A DNA stretch of 64,000 nucleotides from a bacterium (lineage in GTDB: Bacteria > Patescibacteriota > Minisyncoccia > Moranbacterales > GWC2-37-73): contig QKEW01000012.1 in the NCBI GenBank assembly GCA_003251635.1, positions 53,333 through 117,332 of the forward strand, read 5' to 3'. Position numbers and translations under genes: made by a program. The notes below the pieces were generated by a model that did not search any database, was not told the DNA's origin, and worked only from the letters and a program-made list of their open reading frames with translations. Below, in pieces: positions 1 through 9,740 of this stretch (the stretch's first letter is position 1; each line of letters opens with the position of its first letter).

Positions 1-856
1 GACGTTTGGAGAGTTTAGTTTTGTCTGGGTTTAACAACAACGGCAAATGAGCAAAAGTTGGCTCCTCCCAACCAAAAGTTCGATAGAGCAAAATGTGTTT
101 GGGCGTGCTGGGCAGCCACTCTTCCCCACGAATCACGTGGGAAATTTTCATCAAATGATCATCCACCACGCTGGCCAAGTGGTAAGTTGGAAAGCCATCT
201 GATTTGATCAAGACCTGATCATCAATCGTGTTGGTGGAAAAAGAAACTTTGCCGCGAATCATGTCCTCAAAAACGATTGTTTCGTCATTTGGCACTTTCA
301 AACGAATCGTGTGCGCACAGCCTTTTTTCAGATTTTCATTGATTTGATCTTGAGAAACATTTTTCAAACAATAGCGGTCGTATTTGTGCGCTCTTTTTTG
401 GGCAATTTGCTCTTCGCGCATTTGTTCCAGACGCTCCGGCTCGCAAAAGCAATAATAGGCTTTACCTTCTTGGACTAACTGCTCGGCATATTTTTGATAA
501 ATTTCCAATCTTTCCGATTGGATATAAGGGCCACTATCCCCAACCTCAATGATGCCAGGATAACTTTCGGAAGTGACAACGGTAGTTTTGTTATCTTTAA
601 TTTCAGCCGTTTGAAAAGCTCCCTCTTGCCAATCCAGATTAGCCCAACGTAATGATTCAATCAATTTTTCCACAGAACCTTCGACATATCGCTTTTGATC
701 AGTGTCTTCAATTCGAAGAATCATCGTGCCTTGATTTTGCTTGGCGAAAAGGAAATCGTAAAGGGCGCTCCGTAGATTGCCCACGTGCAAATAACCGGTT
801 GGTGACGGTGCAAAACGAACTCTAATTTCTTTTTTTTCTTCAATTTTTTTTGTCAT
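1..856 (-). CDS. gltX: glutamyl-tRNA synthetase (GluRS), N-terminal part; 3' end of gene lies beyond window start
   Basis: Reverse-strand translation from ATG at 856 gives [40 protein letters not shown], the class I HIGH motif context ([13 protein letters not shown]) typical of GluRS. The ORF runs off the window without a stop, so it is absent from the ORF track. Confidence 0.85.
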   Translation of the reverse strand, partial: MTKKIEEKKEIRVRFAPSPTGYLHVGNLRSALYDFLFAKQNQGTMILRIEDTDQKRYVEGSVEKLIESLRWANLDWQEGAFQTAEIKDNKTTVVTSESYPGIIEVGDSGPYIQSERLEIYQKYAEQLVQEGKAYYCFCEPERLEQMREEQIAQKRAHKYDRYCLKNVSQDQINENLKKGCAHTIRLKVPNDETIVFEDMIRGKVSFSTNTIDDQVLIKSDGFPTYHLASVVDDHLMKISHVIRGEEWLPSTPKHILLYRTFGWEEPTFAHLPLLLNPDKTKLSKR

Positions 857-1583
857 ACGTTCTGATTTTATCGAAAATTACTTTCCAGGGAAAAACAATT
901 ACGGATCGAAAAATTCTTTGTCCCCTTTTTACTTTTTGGCTTTTGGAAGTTTTTTGGGTTTGCAGCCAGCGCCAAATCCATTCCAGTCCAAATTTTTGCA
1001 TCCATTTGGGAGCTCTTTGAGTTTTTCTAGTCAGAAAATCAAAAGCCCCTCCCACTCCCATGGCTAGTCTGATTGTATCATTTTTTTGGCAATTTAGGAA
1101 CTTTTCTTGCCAAGGCGCGCCGAAATTACAAAAAACAATCAGGCTTTGAATATCCAACTTTTGAGAAACGTTTTTTCGGTCCAAATCTTTCCCGGTTACT
1201 TTCAAATTTGGATATTTTTGAATCAGACTTTTTTTAATCTGCTCAAGACTGCTTAGACCGTCTTTATTATTTGCCAGAAAAATTTCCAATTGTTTTTTTT
1301 TGGCAATTTCCAAAATTTTTTGCAACAGGTCTGCTCCAGTAAAACGTTTTGGCGCCCTCTGAAAACTTAACCAACTAGCAAATTTTAGGCCAATTCCATC
1401 AACCACGCTTAAGGCGCTTTGATTTAAAATATCTCGAAACTCCGAATCATCTTGGGCTAATAAGATAAATTCCGGGTTGATCGTCGCAATTTGATGAAAT
1501 TTATTTTCTGCCAAAAAAAACTCCACTTTTTGCAGAATTTCTTTTCGATTAAATTTATCAATCTTAACTCCTAAAATTTTCAT
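840..1583 (-). CDS. WecB/TagA/CpsF-family glycosyltransferase (GT26, N-acetylmannosaminyl-type transferase)
   Basis: 247 aa with the GLEWIWRWL motif and overall TagA/WecG-like layout. Its 3' end overlaps the gltX start by about 17 nt. Confidence 0.75.
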   Translation of the reverse strand: MKILGVKIDKFNRKEILQKVEFFLAENKFHQIATINPEFILLAQDDSEFRDILNQSALSVVDGIGLKFASWLSFQRAPKRFTGADLLQKILEIAKKKQLEIFLANNKDGLSSLEQIKKSLIQKYPNLKVTGKDLDRKNVSQKLDIQSLIVFCNFGAPWQEKFLNCQKNDTIRLAMGVGGAFDFLTRKTQRAPKWMQKFGLEWIWRWLQTQKTSKSQKVKRGQRIFRSVIVFPWKVIFDKIRTYDKKN

Positions 1584-1695
1584 AGGTTACAAGGTCTTAG
1601 GTTTTTAGGTTGTTAGTGATAAAATATCTAGACTCCAAGTGTCTGCAATAGCAAAGTGGTTAAAGTGCTCAAATTGAAAACCTATAAGCTATGAG

Positions 1696-2247
1696 CTAAC
1701 AACCTGCTAAGGGGCAGATTTCAATTGGGTGGTATTCTTCCCCGCCCTCCTGATCGGCTTTCTCAACTACCCAAACATTTTCCACTCCCAAAGAAATCTG
1801 ACACTTTTCTTGAATATCGGGTCGAGGATCCAATTGCTGCCATTTGTCTCGACGGAGCTTACCTAAAATTATTTGGGGAGAAAAACTTTTCTTGGAACTT
1901 TGAAAAATATCCAAAGCCTTTTCAATTGTTTCGTGAAGCTGCAACAATTGTTCACTGGATTTTCCAATTAGTCTGACGTATTGCGGTTTTTCCAGATTTG
2001 GTCCAATTTCAATTTGTTCAAATTCCAAATCAAAAATATCCAAACCCTTCAGGCTTTCGGATATTTTTTGGCAGATTTCCGGCAGTACACTTTCATCCAA
2101 ATAGCCCAAAGAAAAAAGCGCCACGTGCAAATTTTCGCTGCGTTGCCATTTGACCGGTAGATCCGACCACTTTTGAATTTTCCCAGCCAATCTTTTTTTG
2201 ACCAGCGGTGGAACTTCGATTTCCACGAAGATTTTTCGTTTACTCAT
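1696..2247 (-). CDS. 2H phosphoesterase superfamily protein (LigT/ThpR-like), catalytic motifs degenerate
   Basis: 183 aa with LigT-like length and spacing. The first H-x-T/S motif reads LHVALFSLG (Thr replaced by Ala). The second position reads PQIILGKL (His replaced by Gln). It may be catalytically inactive. Confidence 0.5.
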   Translation of the reverse strand: MSKRKIFVEIEVPPLVKKRLAGKIQKWSDLPVKWQRSENLHVALFSLGYLDESVLPEICQKISESLKGLDIFDLEFEQIEIGPNLEKPQYVRLIGKSSEQLLQLHETIEKALDIFQSSKKSFSPQIILGKLRRDKWQQLDPRPDIQEKCQISLGVENVWVVEKADQEGGEEYHPIEICPLAGC

Positions 2248-2340
2248 AAATTCATCCTAGCACACCAAAGGCTTTTTTCAAGGGCTTGCAGCCAACAAAA
2301 AACCGGGGGCGTCGAATTTTCAAACGCTCCCCGGCTATTA

Positions 2341-2496
2341 TTATTCACTTTTGATCTCTCCATAGCTAGCTCCGCTAGCAAAGAGAATGCCTCCTCCAAA
2401 AAAAGCGAGGATGGGAATTTTCCAGGCAACTGCCGCTGCGAGAGCAGCAAAGCCAACAGTTGTTCCGATGATACAGAACAAAGACTTCTTCTTCAT
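2341..2496 (-). CDS. small hydrophobic membrane protein (51 aa)
   Basis: The internal ATG at 2496 is preceded by AAGGAGG at ideal spacing. The product MKKKSLFCIIGTTVGFAALAAAVAWKIPILAFFGGGILF has one or two TM helices. Confidence 0.4.
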   Translation of the reverse strand: MKKKSLFCIIGTTVGFAALAAAVAWKIPILAFFGGGILFASGASYGEIKSE

Positions 2497-2622
2497 AATT
2501 TCCTCCTTGAGTTTTTGGATAAAAAACCAATTGTCAACAATTGCCTGACTTGCCATTTAAGCATATTTATGACTTTTTGTCAAGGGGCTGATTTTTGCCA
2601 AAATTTTTGCTAAAATTGAAAA

Positions 2623-4638
2623 ATGCAAAAAGAAAAAGGCTTCATTATCGATGTTATCCCCCTAGCCCGCCTGCCCCTCGGTCGGCAGCAGTTTTTTTCC
2701 TATCTTTCTGAGAAGGAAATCCCGACCGGCTCATTGGTCAGTGTGCCACTTTTTCGTCGTTCAATCTCGGGCATCGTCCTGCAAAGTCGCCAAGATTTTG
2801 AAAGGCTGGGTAATTTTCGACTCAAAAAAGTTTTGGCCGTCGAGCGTGAAAATTTCCTAACTTCAAACCAACTTCAACTGGCCGAGTTCATTTCGGACTA
2901 TTATTTTTCGTCTTTAGGAGTCACTCTTCGTCACTTCATGCCTAAGATTGTGCAGGAGCGTTCCAAAAAATCTCTAGCTGATTCTGCTCAAACATCCAAC
3001 AACAAAAAAGTAACTCTGACAGCAGCTCAAGATAAAATTGTCCAAAAAATTCTGACCAGTAAAAATCCAAGAAAGTTTTTACTGCAAGGTCCGGCCGCCG
3101 CTGGCAAAACCGAGATTTTCCTGGAAGCTATTTGGCGAATCCAAAAGCAAAATTCTCAAGCTCAATTTTTGATTCTATTGCCAGAACTTAATCTGGCCGC
3201 CCAAGCTCTGGAAAGATATGGCCAACGATTTAATCTAGATGAAATTGTGATTTTGAACAGTCAAATCTCCAAGGGACACTTTTTTACCAATTGGGAAAAA
3301 ATTCGCACCGGAGAGGCTAAGATAATTTTGGGCACTCGAGCTGCCTTATTTGCTCCGTTTAAAAACCTAGCTTTAGTGATTCTTGATGAGGAGCAGGACA
3401 TTTCTTTCAAACAATGGGACTTGAGTCCTCGTTATGACGGCCGAACCGTAGCCCAAAAATTGGCCGACATTTTTAAAGCTAAATTAATTTTAGCCAGTGC
3501 CACTCCCCGCATCGAAGATTATTGGCAAACCCAAGAAGACAAGTTGCAATTACTAAAGCTTCCCTCTTTTAGTCAGCTGAATCCCCAAGTAGAGATTATT
3601 GATATGCGAAAAGAAAAATGGACCGACTTTAAGGGCAAGAAAAAGCCCAATTTTTCTTTTTTAAGTTTGAGACTGCAGCAAGAAATTACTTGGGCTTTAA
3701 AAAATAAACTGCAAACAATCTTGTTTATCAATCGCCAAGGCATGAGTCGTTTTTCAGTTTGCGCCCAGTGTAAAGCGGTCCTCCGTTGTCCCAAGTGTGA
3801 GCGAGCCTTGATTTATGACAAGGCTGGACATTATCGCTGTCTGCATTGTTCCTATCAAAGCGACCTTTTTGCTACCTGCCCCAGTTGCCAATCCAATGAG
3901 TTTAAAAATGTCGGGCTAGGCACTCACCGGGTTGAAAAAGAAGTAGCCAAATTTTTCCCCCAGGCTCAGATTGAAATTTTGGACTCCTCCGTTACTAAAA
4001 AAAGTGGCGCATTGGAAAAAATATATCAAAATTTTGCTAACAAAAAAATTGACATTCTGATTGGAACCCAGATGCTGACCAAGAACTGGGATTTTCCCAA
4101 TGTCGGCCTGGTTTCAATTATTGATACTGATTCCCTTTTTGATTTCCCGGATTTTCTGACTGACGAACAAGCTTTTGCTCACATCGTTCAATTGATCGGG
4201 CGAACAGGACGCCCTGGCGCTAAATTTGCCGGTCGCGCTCTCATTCAAACCTATGTTCCAGACAAAGACACCTTGAAACTTGCCGCGGAAAAAAACTGGG
4301 AAAAATTCTACCAAAAAACTCTCAATCAAAGACAGGATTTGAATTACCCGCCTTTTTCCAAAATGGTAAAGCTGGTTTGTCAGCACACGGAAATTGAAAA
4401 AGTCAAGAAAGAAAGCCGCAAAATTTTTGAACAACTTTCGGCTGCTAGTGAGATTTCTGCACCAGTAAAAATTATCGGCCCAATCGAACCGCTAATTGCC
4501 AATGTTCGCGGTCGCCATCGACAACAAATCATTTTGAAATTTCCAGTCAACCAGGAAATTCCACTTCAAATCGAAAGTGTTTTACAGAAACTTTCCTCCG
4601 ACTGGATCATTGATGTCGACCCGATTGGAATTGTTTAA
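2623..4638 (+). CDS. priA: primosomal protein N' (PriA helicase)
   Basis: Walker A LLQGPAAAGKTEIF, DEEQ box (VILDEEQD), and a Cys-rich zinc-binding region CAQCKAVLRCPKCERALIYDKAGHYRCLHCSYQSDLFATCPSCQS that is characteristic of PriA. Confidence 0.9.
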   Translation: MQKEKGFIIDVIPLARLPLGRQQFFSYLSEKEIPTGSLVSVPLFRRSISGIVLQSRQDFERLGNFRLKKVLAVERENFLTSNQLQLAEFISDYYFSSLGVTLRHFMPKIVQERSKKSLADSAQTSNNKKVTLTAAQDKIVQKILTSKNPRKFLLQGPAAAGKTEIFLEAIWRIQKQNSQAQFLILLPELNLAAQALERYGQRFNLDEIVILNSQISKGHFFTNWEKIRTGEAKIILGTRAALFAPFKNLALVILDEEQDISFKQWDLSPRYDGRTVAQKLADIFKAKLILASATPRIEDYWQTQEDKLQLLKLPSFSQLNPQVEIIDMRKEKWTDFKGKKKPNFSFLSLRLQQEITWALKNKLQTILFINRQGMSRFSVCAQCKAVLRCPKCERALIYDKAGHYRCLHCSYQSDLFATCPSCQSNEFKNVGLGTHRVEKEVAKFFPQAQIEILDSSVTKKSGALEKIYQNFANKKIDILIGTQMLTKNWDFPNVGLVSIIDTDSLFDFPDFLTDEQAFAHIVQLIGRTGRPGAKFAGRALIQTYVPDKDTLKLAAEKNWEKFYQKTLNQRQDLNYPPFSKMVKLVCQHTEIEKVKKESRKIFEQLSAASEISAPVKIIGPIEPLIANVRGRHRQQIILKFPVNQEIPLQIESVLQKLSSDWIIDVDPIGIV

Positions 4639-4651
4639 AAATATTTTTTAA

Positions 4652-4885
4652 TTATTCCTCACTTACAAATTCAAACCTTGGTACAAGTTTGCCTTCAACC
4701 TCAACTTTTTCCAAAAACATCTCCAGAGGACGAATCCAGATCGATCCTTTGCCATAGGTTCGACACTCATAGAGAGCTTCTTAGACCACAAATTTTTCCA
4801 AAGTCTCACTGTGACTGGCTACATGCAAAACCTTGACGGTTCCACCCTTAAAATGGCGATAAACTCCTTTTTTTAATTCGTCCAT
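4652..4885 (-). pseudogene. DUF1653-family small protein interrupted by an in-frame TAA
   Basis: Minus-strand translation gives MDELKKGVYRHFKGGTVKVLHVASHSETLEKFVV*EALYECRTYGKGSIWIRPLEMFLEKVEVEGKLVPRFEFVSEE. The DUF1653 signature (YRHYKGG...HSET...VVY...WVRPLEMF) continues on both sides of the stop at 4781-4783. TAA replaces what would be a Tyr codon (TAT/TAC). Confidence 0.5.
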
Positions 4886-4963
4886 ATTGTTTATTGGAAA
4901 ATTATTGTTTTAATATCCGTTTTATTATATCATATTAAGGAACGAGGCTTTAAACAAACCACT

Positions 4964-5434
4964 ATGATTTTAGATATCCGAAAAAATCCCGATCCGATTT
5001 TGCGTCAAAAAACTCGTAAAATCAAAGATCCTCAAACCAAAGAAATTCAAGACTTGGTAGCTTCAATGTTGGAAACCATGTATAGCGCTGACGGGCTTGG
5101 CTTGGCCGCACCCCAAATCGGTCAAGATTTACGACTTTGCATTATCGACGAAGGAGGTCAGGTTTATGTTCTGATAAATCCACAAATAACCGCCAAATCA
5201 AAAGATGAAATTGTTATGGAAGAGGGCTGTCTAAGTTTTCCCGGACAATTCTATGAAATTTCCCGACCGGAAAAAGTCCAGGTTCGCTATCTGGATCAGC
5301 ATGGAGTGCCTCGAAAAATTAAAACCGGCGGACTTCTGGCGCGCGCGCTGCAACATGAAATCGATCATCTTGAAGGTAAACTTTTAATTGACTATGTTAA
5401 GAAAAACAAAAGAAAAAATATCAAAGAAAAATAA
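4964..5434 (+). CDS. def: peptide deformylase
   Basis: The three canonical PDF motifs are present: GLGLAAPQIG, EGCLSFPG and QHEIDHLEG. Confidence 0.92.
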   Translation: MILDIRKNPDPILRQKTRKIKDPQTKEIQDLVASMLETMYSADGLGLAAPQIGQDLRLCIIDEGGQVYVLINPQITAKSKDEIVMEEGCLSFPGQFYEISRPEKVQVRYLDQHGVPRKIKTGGLLARALQHEIDHLEGKLLIDYVKKNKRKNIKEK

Positions 5435-5435
5435 T

Positions 5436-6404
5436 ATGTCAGCTCAAGAAAAATCGAAATTTAAAGTTGTTTTCATGGGAACTTCTGACTTTGCTGCGGA
5501 TATTCTTAAGGCCTTAGTAAAAGCTAACTATAATCTGGTTACTATTTATACTCGGGCAGATAGCAAAATTGGTCGTAAACAAGAAATCAATGAAACACCC
5601 ATAAAGCAGATTGCTCAAGAAAAAAACCTTTTGGTTTTGCAGCCCGAAAAGTTCACTCCGGAAGTCATAGCTGAATTGGAAAACATTAAACCTGATTTGA
5701 TAGTAGTAGCAGCTTACGGCAAGATTTTACCCAAGAGAGTTTTGGAAATTCCGAAATTTGGCTGCCTAAATGTGCACCCTTCCCTTTTACCAAAATTTCG
5801 CGGACCTTCTCCGGTTCAAAACACTTTGCTTTTCGGAGCCAAGCAAACAGGCACCACCATCATGCTGATGGATGCAGGAATGGATAGTGGTGATATTTTA
5901 GCTCAAGAAAAAATAGATATTAAGCCCAAAGAACTTTTCCCTCAATTACTCAAAAGACTAGCTCTTTTGAGCGCTGAGCTTTTAGAAAAAACTATTCCGC
6001 TTTGGCTTGAAAAGAAAATAGAGACTGAAAAACAAAACCCTCAAGAAGCCACCCTTTGTCAACTGATTGAGCGTGGGGATGGAAAAATAAACTGGAATCA
6101 GGAAGCCTATGAGATTTTTAATCAATACCGCGCCTTGTATCCTTGGCCAGGAGTTTTTACTTTTTGGGAAAGCAAAGAAAATCTGATTTTACGTTTAAAA
6201 TTAACTGATATTGATTGGAAAAAAGACAATTCTTCATTTGAAAATGAAATTGGAAAAGTTTTCCAAAAAAATGATTCGATCGGAGTGCAAACTCTTCAGG
6301 GAGTCATTTTGCTCAACGAAGTGCAACTTGAAGGTAAGAAATCCATGAAGATCAAAGATTTTCTCAATGGCTATCCTGATTTCCTAAATAGTTTCCTAAA
6401 ATAA
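5436..6404 (+). CDS. fmt: methionyl-tRNA formyltransferase
   Basis: The formyltransferase core VVAAYGKILPKRVLEIPKFGCLNVHPSLLPKFRGPSPVQ is present and the position after def is the usual one. The start was chosen at ATG 5436, immediately after the def stop, not at the upstream ATG at 5388 that overlaps def. Confidence 0.88.
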   Translation: MSAQEKSKFKVVFMGTSDFAADILKALVKANYNLVTIYTRADSKIGRKQEINETPIKQIAQEKNLLVLQPEKFTPEVIAELENIKPDLIVVAAYGKILPKRVLEIPKFGCLNVHPSLLPKFRGPSPVQNTLLFGAKQTGTTIMLMDAGMDSGDILAQEKIDIKPKELFPQLLKRLALLSAELLEKTIPLWLEKKIETEKQNPQEATLCQLIERGDGKINWNQEAYEIFNQYRALYPWPGVFTFWESKENLILRLKLTDIDWKKDNSSFENEIGKVFQKNDSIGVQTLQGVILLNEVQLEGKKSMKIKDFLNGYPDFLNSFLK

Positions 6405-6410
6405 TTTAAA

Positions 6411-7217
6411 ATGAACAAAAATACCAAAGAAGTATACGTTTTATTTTTTGGATTATTCTTGATAATTTTGGTAGTTGTTTTCTTTTGGTTTCGTTTTCAG
6501 AAAAAAAATTCTGACAACAATGAATCGCTGCCAACTCAAACGATTTCTTTAGCCTATGAAAATATAACTGCCAAAGATCTTTTTCAAAAGAAGAAAGAAA
6601 AAGAAAGTTTCAAAATTATCGATACGCGAAGCTATGAAAACTATTCCACCAGTCATATATTAGATTCCGTTCAGGTTTTACCGGAAGAGATTGAAAATTC
6701 CCTGGAAAGCTTCAAGACTCAAATTGTTTTTATAAATGACCAAACCAGTGAGGAGTTTTTGGATACAATTGCTCAAGCTTTCATCAAAAGAGGGGCTGAA
6801 AAAGTTTATTACCTGATCGGCGGCGTCCAAGATTGGACAAATGCAAGCCAGGAGACCCCAATAACCTACGGCGATCCGGACAGTTTTTCTGATCGAGCCA
6901 AAGTTTCTTTTGTTTCTCAAGAAAATTTCAAAAAAACCCTCCAGGAGTCGCCTGATAAAATTTTCATCCTGGATGTTCGGACCGCGACAGAATTTAGTCA
7001 GGGACATATTCCCGGAGCCACCAACATACCTTTAGTGGAAATTGAAAAAAGACGTCAAGAAATACCTTTTGGTAAATTAACTATAGTTTATTCCAAGGGT
7101 GAAATCGAAGCCTTTCAGGCTGCTGTAAGACTTTTTGATTCGCGTCTTTTGAAAGCCCCCGTCCTAACCAACGGTTTTGTAGCTTGGCAAGACAATGGTG
7201 GTGAAATTGAAAAATAA
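6411..7217 (+). CDS. membrane-anchored tandem rhodanese-like domain protein, apparently lacking catalytic Cys
   Basis: N-terminal TM helix, then two rhodanese-like repeats (KIIDTRSYENY...; ILDVRTATEFSQGHIPGATNIPL). The active-site loop positions read FINDQTSEE and IVYSKGEIEA with no Cys. Confidence 0.65.
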   Translation: MNKNTKEVYVLFFGLFLIILVVVFFWFRFQKKNSDNNESLPTQTISLAYENITAKDLFQKKKEKESFKIIDTRSYENYSTSHILDSVQVLPEEIENSLESFKTQIVFINDQTSEEFLDTIAQAFIKRGAEKVYYLIGGVQDWTNASQETPITYGDPDSFSDRAKVSFVSQENFKKTLQESPDKIFILDVRTATEFSQGHIPGATNIPLVEIEKRRQEIPFGKLTIVYSKGEIEAFQAAVRLFDSRLLKAPVLTNGFVAWQDNGGEIEK

Positions 7218-7231
7218 TCAAAAATAAAATA

Positions 7232-8500
7232 TTATTTTTGAATTTTATTTTTTAGTATATCCAAAGCTCGATCCAATTGCGGATCTTTTTTGTTTTTATA
7301 GTCATCTAAGGTTAAGTCTACATCTTCATCCGGCTCAATCCCCTTTCCATTGATTTGATTGCCATGAGGAGTTAACCAATGAGCCACTGTTATTTTTACG
7401 GCCATATTATCACCCAAATCAATCAATTGTTGCACCGAACCTTTGCCAAAAGATTTTTTACCTACTAAAGTCAGATTATCTCGATTTTCCTTGAGAGCCC
7501 CAGCCACAATTTCCGAAGCGCTGGCGCTTCCTTCATTGATCAAAACAACCGTTTCAATTTGACTGGCCACATCCAATCCGCTGGCGTAAGTCTCATTTCT
7601 TTTTCCCTGCGCATCTTCCTCGATTACCACCGTCTTACCTTTTGGCAGCATTCTTTCTGCCACGCTTATCGCTCCATCCAGGTAGCCACCTGGGTTGTTT
7701 CTCAGATCCAAAACAATTCCTTTCACGTTCTCTTTGTAAACTTCTTTTAAAGCAGCATTGAATTCCTTGACGGTATCTTCGCCAAAAAGACTAAGGCTTA
7801 TATACAAAATGTCGCCATCTTTCTTTTCGAATTCTACGCTTTTTATATTTATAACATCTCTCCTGATGGAAATGTCGAGTGTCCCTTCTTCGCCCTCGCG
7901 ATAGATGGTCAAAACCACTTCGCTGCCTTTCGGACCGCGTATCAAATCAATGGCGCTATCAATAGTCATGTCCTGGGTTGATTTTCCGTCAATCGCAAGA
8001 ACCTTGTCTCCGGCTCTAAGTCCGGCTATTTCGGCTGGTGCTCCTTTTAGTGGAGCGATTATGGTCAAGATTTCATCTTTCATACCAATTTCAGCTCCAA
8101 TTCCCTCAAAACTGCCTTCGATTTCTTCGTTAAATTCTTGAGTTTCTTTGGGATCAAAAAAAGTTGTATAGGGATCACCAGTAGCTTTCAACATGCCATC
8201 GATTGATCCATAGAGCAGATTCTTAGCATCTAAAGAATCAGCGTCCACGTATTTTTCTTTTAGCAAATCCCAAACCTCCCAAAAAAGCGAAAAGTCTATT
8301 TCCTGTTCTTTTTGAGTATTTTCAATCTGGGCATCTTTCAAGGGAACAACTTGTTCGGAGTTGTTTTTTATGGCATTAACGTGGCCAAACTCAAAGCCGA
8401 TCCAAAAAATTATAACCAGCATCAAAAAGGATCTCCAATTTTTTCGAAGTCTGTTGGGTTTTTTTTCAGTTGTTTTTACGGATTGATTTTCTCCAGACAT
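7232..8500 (-). CDS. ctpA: carboxy-terminal processing peptidase (S41, CtpA-like) with PDZ domain
   Basis: PDZ segment GIGAEIGMKDEILTIIAPLKGAPAEIAGLRAGDKVLAIDGKS. S41 catalytic region VVLINEGSASASEIVAGALKENRDNLTLVGKKSFGKGSVQ. N-terminal TM anchor. Confidence 0.85.
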   Translation of the reverse strand: MSGENQSVKTTEKKPNRLRKNWRSFLMLVIIFWIGFEFGHVNAIKNNSEQVVPLKDAQIENTQKEQEIDFSLFWEVWDLLKEKYVDADSLDAKNLLYGSIDGMLKATGDPYTTFFDPKETQEFNEEIEGSFEGIGAEIGMKDEILTIIAPLKGAPAEIAGLRAGDKVLAIDGKSTQDMTIDSAIDLIRGPKGSEVVLTIYREGEEGTLDISIRRDVINIKSVEFEKKDGDILYISLSLFGEDTVKEFNAALKEVYKENVKGIVLDLRNNPGGYLDGAISVAERMLPKGKTVVIEEDAQGKRNETYASGLDVASQIETVVLINEGSASASEIVAGALKENRDNLTLVGKKSFGKGSVQQLIDLGDNMAVKITVAHWLTPHGNQINGKGIEPDEDVDLTLDDYKNKKDPQLDRALDILKNKIQK

Positions 8501-8532
8501 ATTGTCAGTTATTTTTCAAAAAGTCGTGGCTA

Positions 8533-9723
8533 TTAATTTGAATTGGAAGTTCCCGAATTTGTTTGACTGCTTCCAAAGATATTTTTGGCCAAATCCTGAA
8601 TGCGACTGTAGTTATCGCCGATTGGCAAAACAATGCTTCCGGCTCCCGGATAGCGATCAGCTGATGGATAGTAAAGCAAACCTTCCTCATTCGTCTCCAA
8701 AACTTTATTGATTATCTGAGGATTGCTCATGCCTTGATAAAGTTCGAAGATCCTTTTCATTTCCCAAAGTTGCATATCGGTCTGGGCATTATTTCCCAAG
8801 CTGTCTATTACAGCGTTAACCTTGTCAAAATTGGTTAAAGTTCCCAGCTTGAAAGCCTTCTCTTTGATTTTTTGAATAATCAATTGTTGACGCTTGGCTC
8901 TCTCGAAATCACTTGAAGTTTTTCGAGCTCTCACGTAGCACAAAGCTTTGGCTCCATCCAGAGTCTGAGTTCCGGCTGGCAAATAAAATTCACCGCCACA
9001 TTCTTCATGAGCGTTGTAGCAAAGAGGATATTGAGCTACAATCTTACCTTTCTCATTTTTCTTATATTCATAGTTACCACTAGGAACTGTGAATACTCCT
9101 CCATTGGTACCATCGCAAACTTTTTCTTCATGAAACTGCAAAGGCTCCGAAAAAGGTTCACTCAATGTCACGTCAACTCCGCCCAGCGCATCTACCAAAT
9201 CAGAGAAACCTTGAAAATCAATAACTCCGGCATAGTGAATCTCCAACCCCGTAATTTCACCAATAACTTTTTTCATTTCTTCAATTCCCTTACCCTTTCC
9301 TTCCTTTTCACCATAAACATAGACGGCATTTAATTTGCTTTTGGCTCCTAAAGCTGGGTTGTCCACATAGAGGTCGCGCGGAATTGAAAGCATGGAGACT
9401 TTATTTTCTTTCGGTTTGACGCTGGCTACAATTATTGTATCCGCCAAAACATCCCCGCCAGCCCCTCGCATTCCCAAAAGCAAGATATTGATTCGGTCTT
9501 CTTGCTCACCTTTTACCTCATCATTAACGCCTGGCAAAACCCCAACGATATTAGAAAAGAAACTTCCATTAGTAGAAACCTTATTAAAAACACTTCCAGC
9601 CTTCCACAGCAAAAGACCCCCAACCAAAAAAACCACGCCTAAAAAAATCAGAAAGATTTTTAACCATTTTCTTTTTTTAGATTTGACCTCGATATTTGTT
9701 CGCGAAAACCTGTTTGTGTTCAT
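8533..9723 (-). CDS. LytR-CpsA-Psr (LCP) family cell-envelope glycopolymer transferase
   Basis: N-terminal TM helix, then the LCP core INILLLGMRGAGGDVLADTIIVASVKPKENKVSMLSIPRDLYV. Confidence 0.8.
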   Translation of the reverse strand: MNTNRFSRTNIEVKSKKRKWLKIFLIFLGVVFLVGGLLLWKAGSVFNKVSTNGSFFSNIVGVLPGVNDEVKGEQEDRINILLLGMRGAGGDVLADTIIVASVKPKENKVSMLSIPRDLYVDNPALGAKSKLNAVYVYGEKEGKGKGIEEMKKVIGEITGLEIHYAGVIDFQGFSDLVDALGGVDVTLSEPFSEPLQFHEEKVCDGTNGGVFTVPSGNYEYKKNEKGKIVAQYPLCYNAHEECGGEFYLPAGTQTLDGAKALCYVRARKTSSDFERAKRQQLIIQKIKEKAFKLGTLTNFDKVNAVIDSLGNNAQTDMQLWEMKRIFELYQGMSNPQIINKVLETNEEGLLYYPSADRYPGAGSIVLPIGDNYSRIQDLAKNIFGSSQTNSGTSNSN

Positions 9724-9740
9724 ATATTTATAATATTTCG

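Noticed and set aside
5388-5435. Upstream ATG extension of fmt overlapping def by 47 nt
   Set aside because: The ATG at 5436, immediately after the def stop, gives a canonical Fmt N-terminus (KVVFMGTSDFA). The extension (MTMLRKTKEKISKKNN) only reads through the def C-terminus in another frame.
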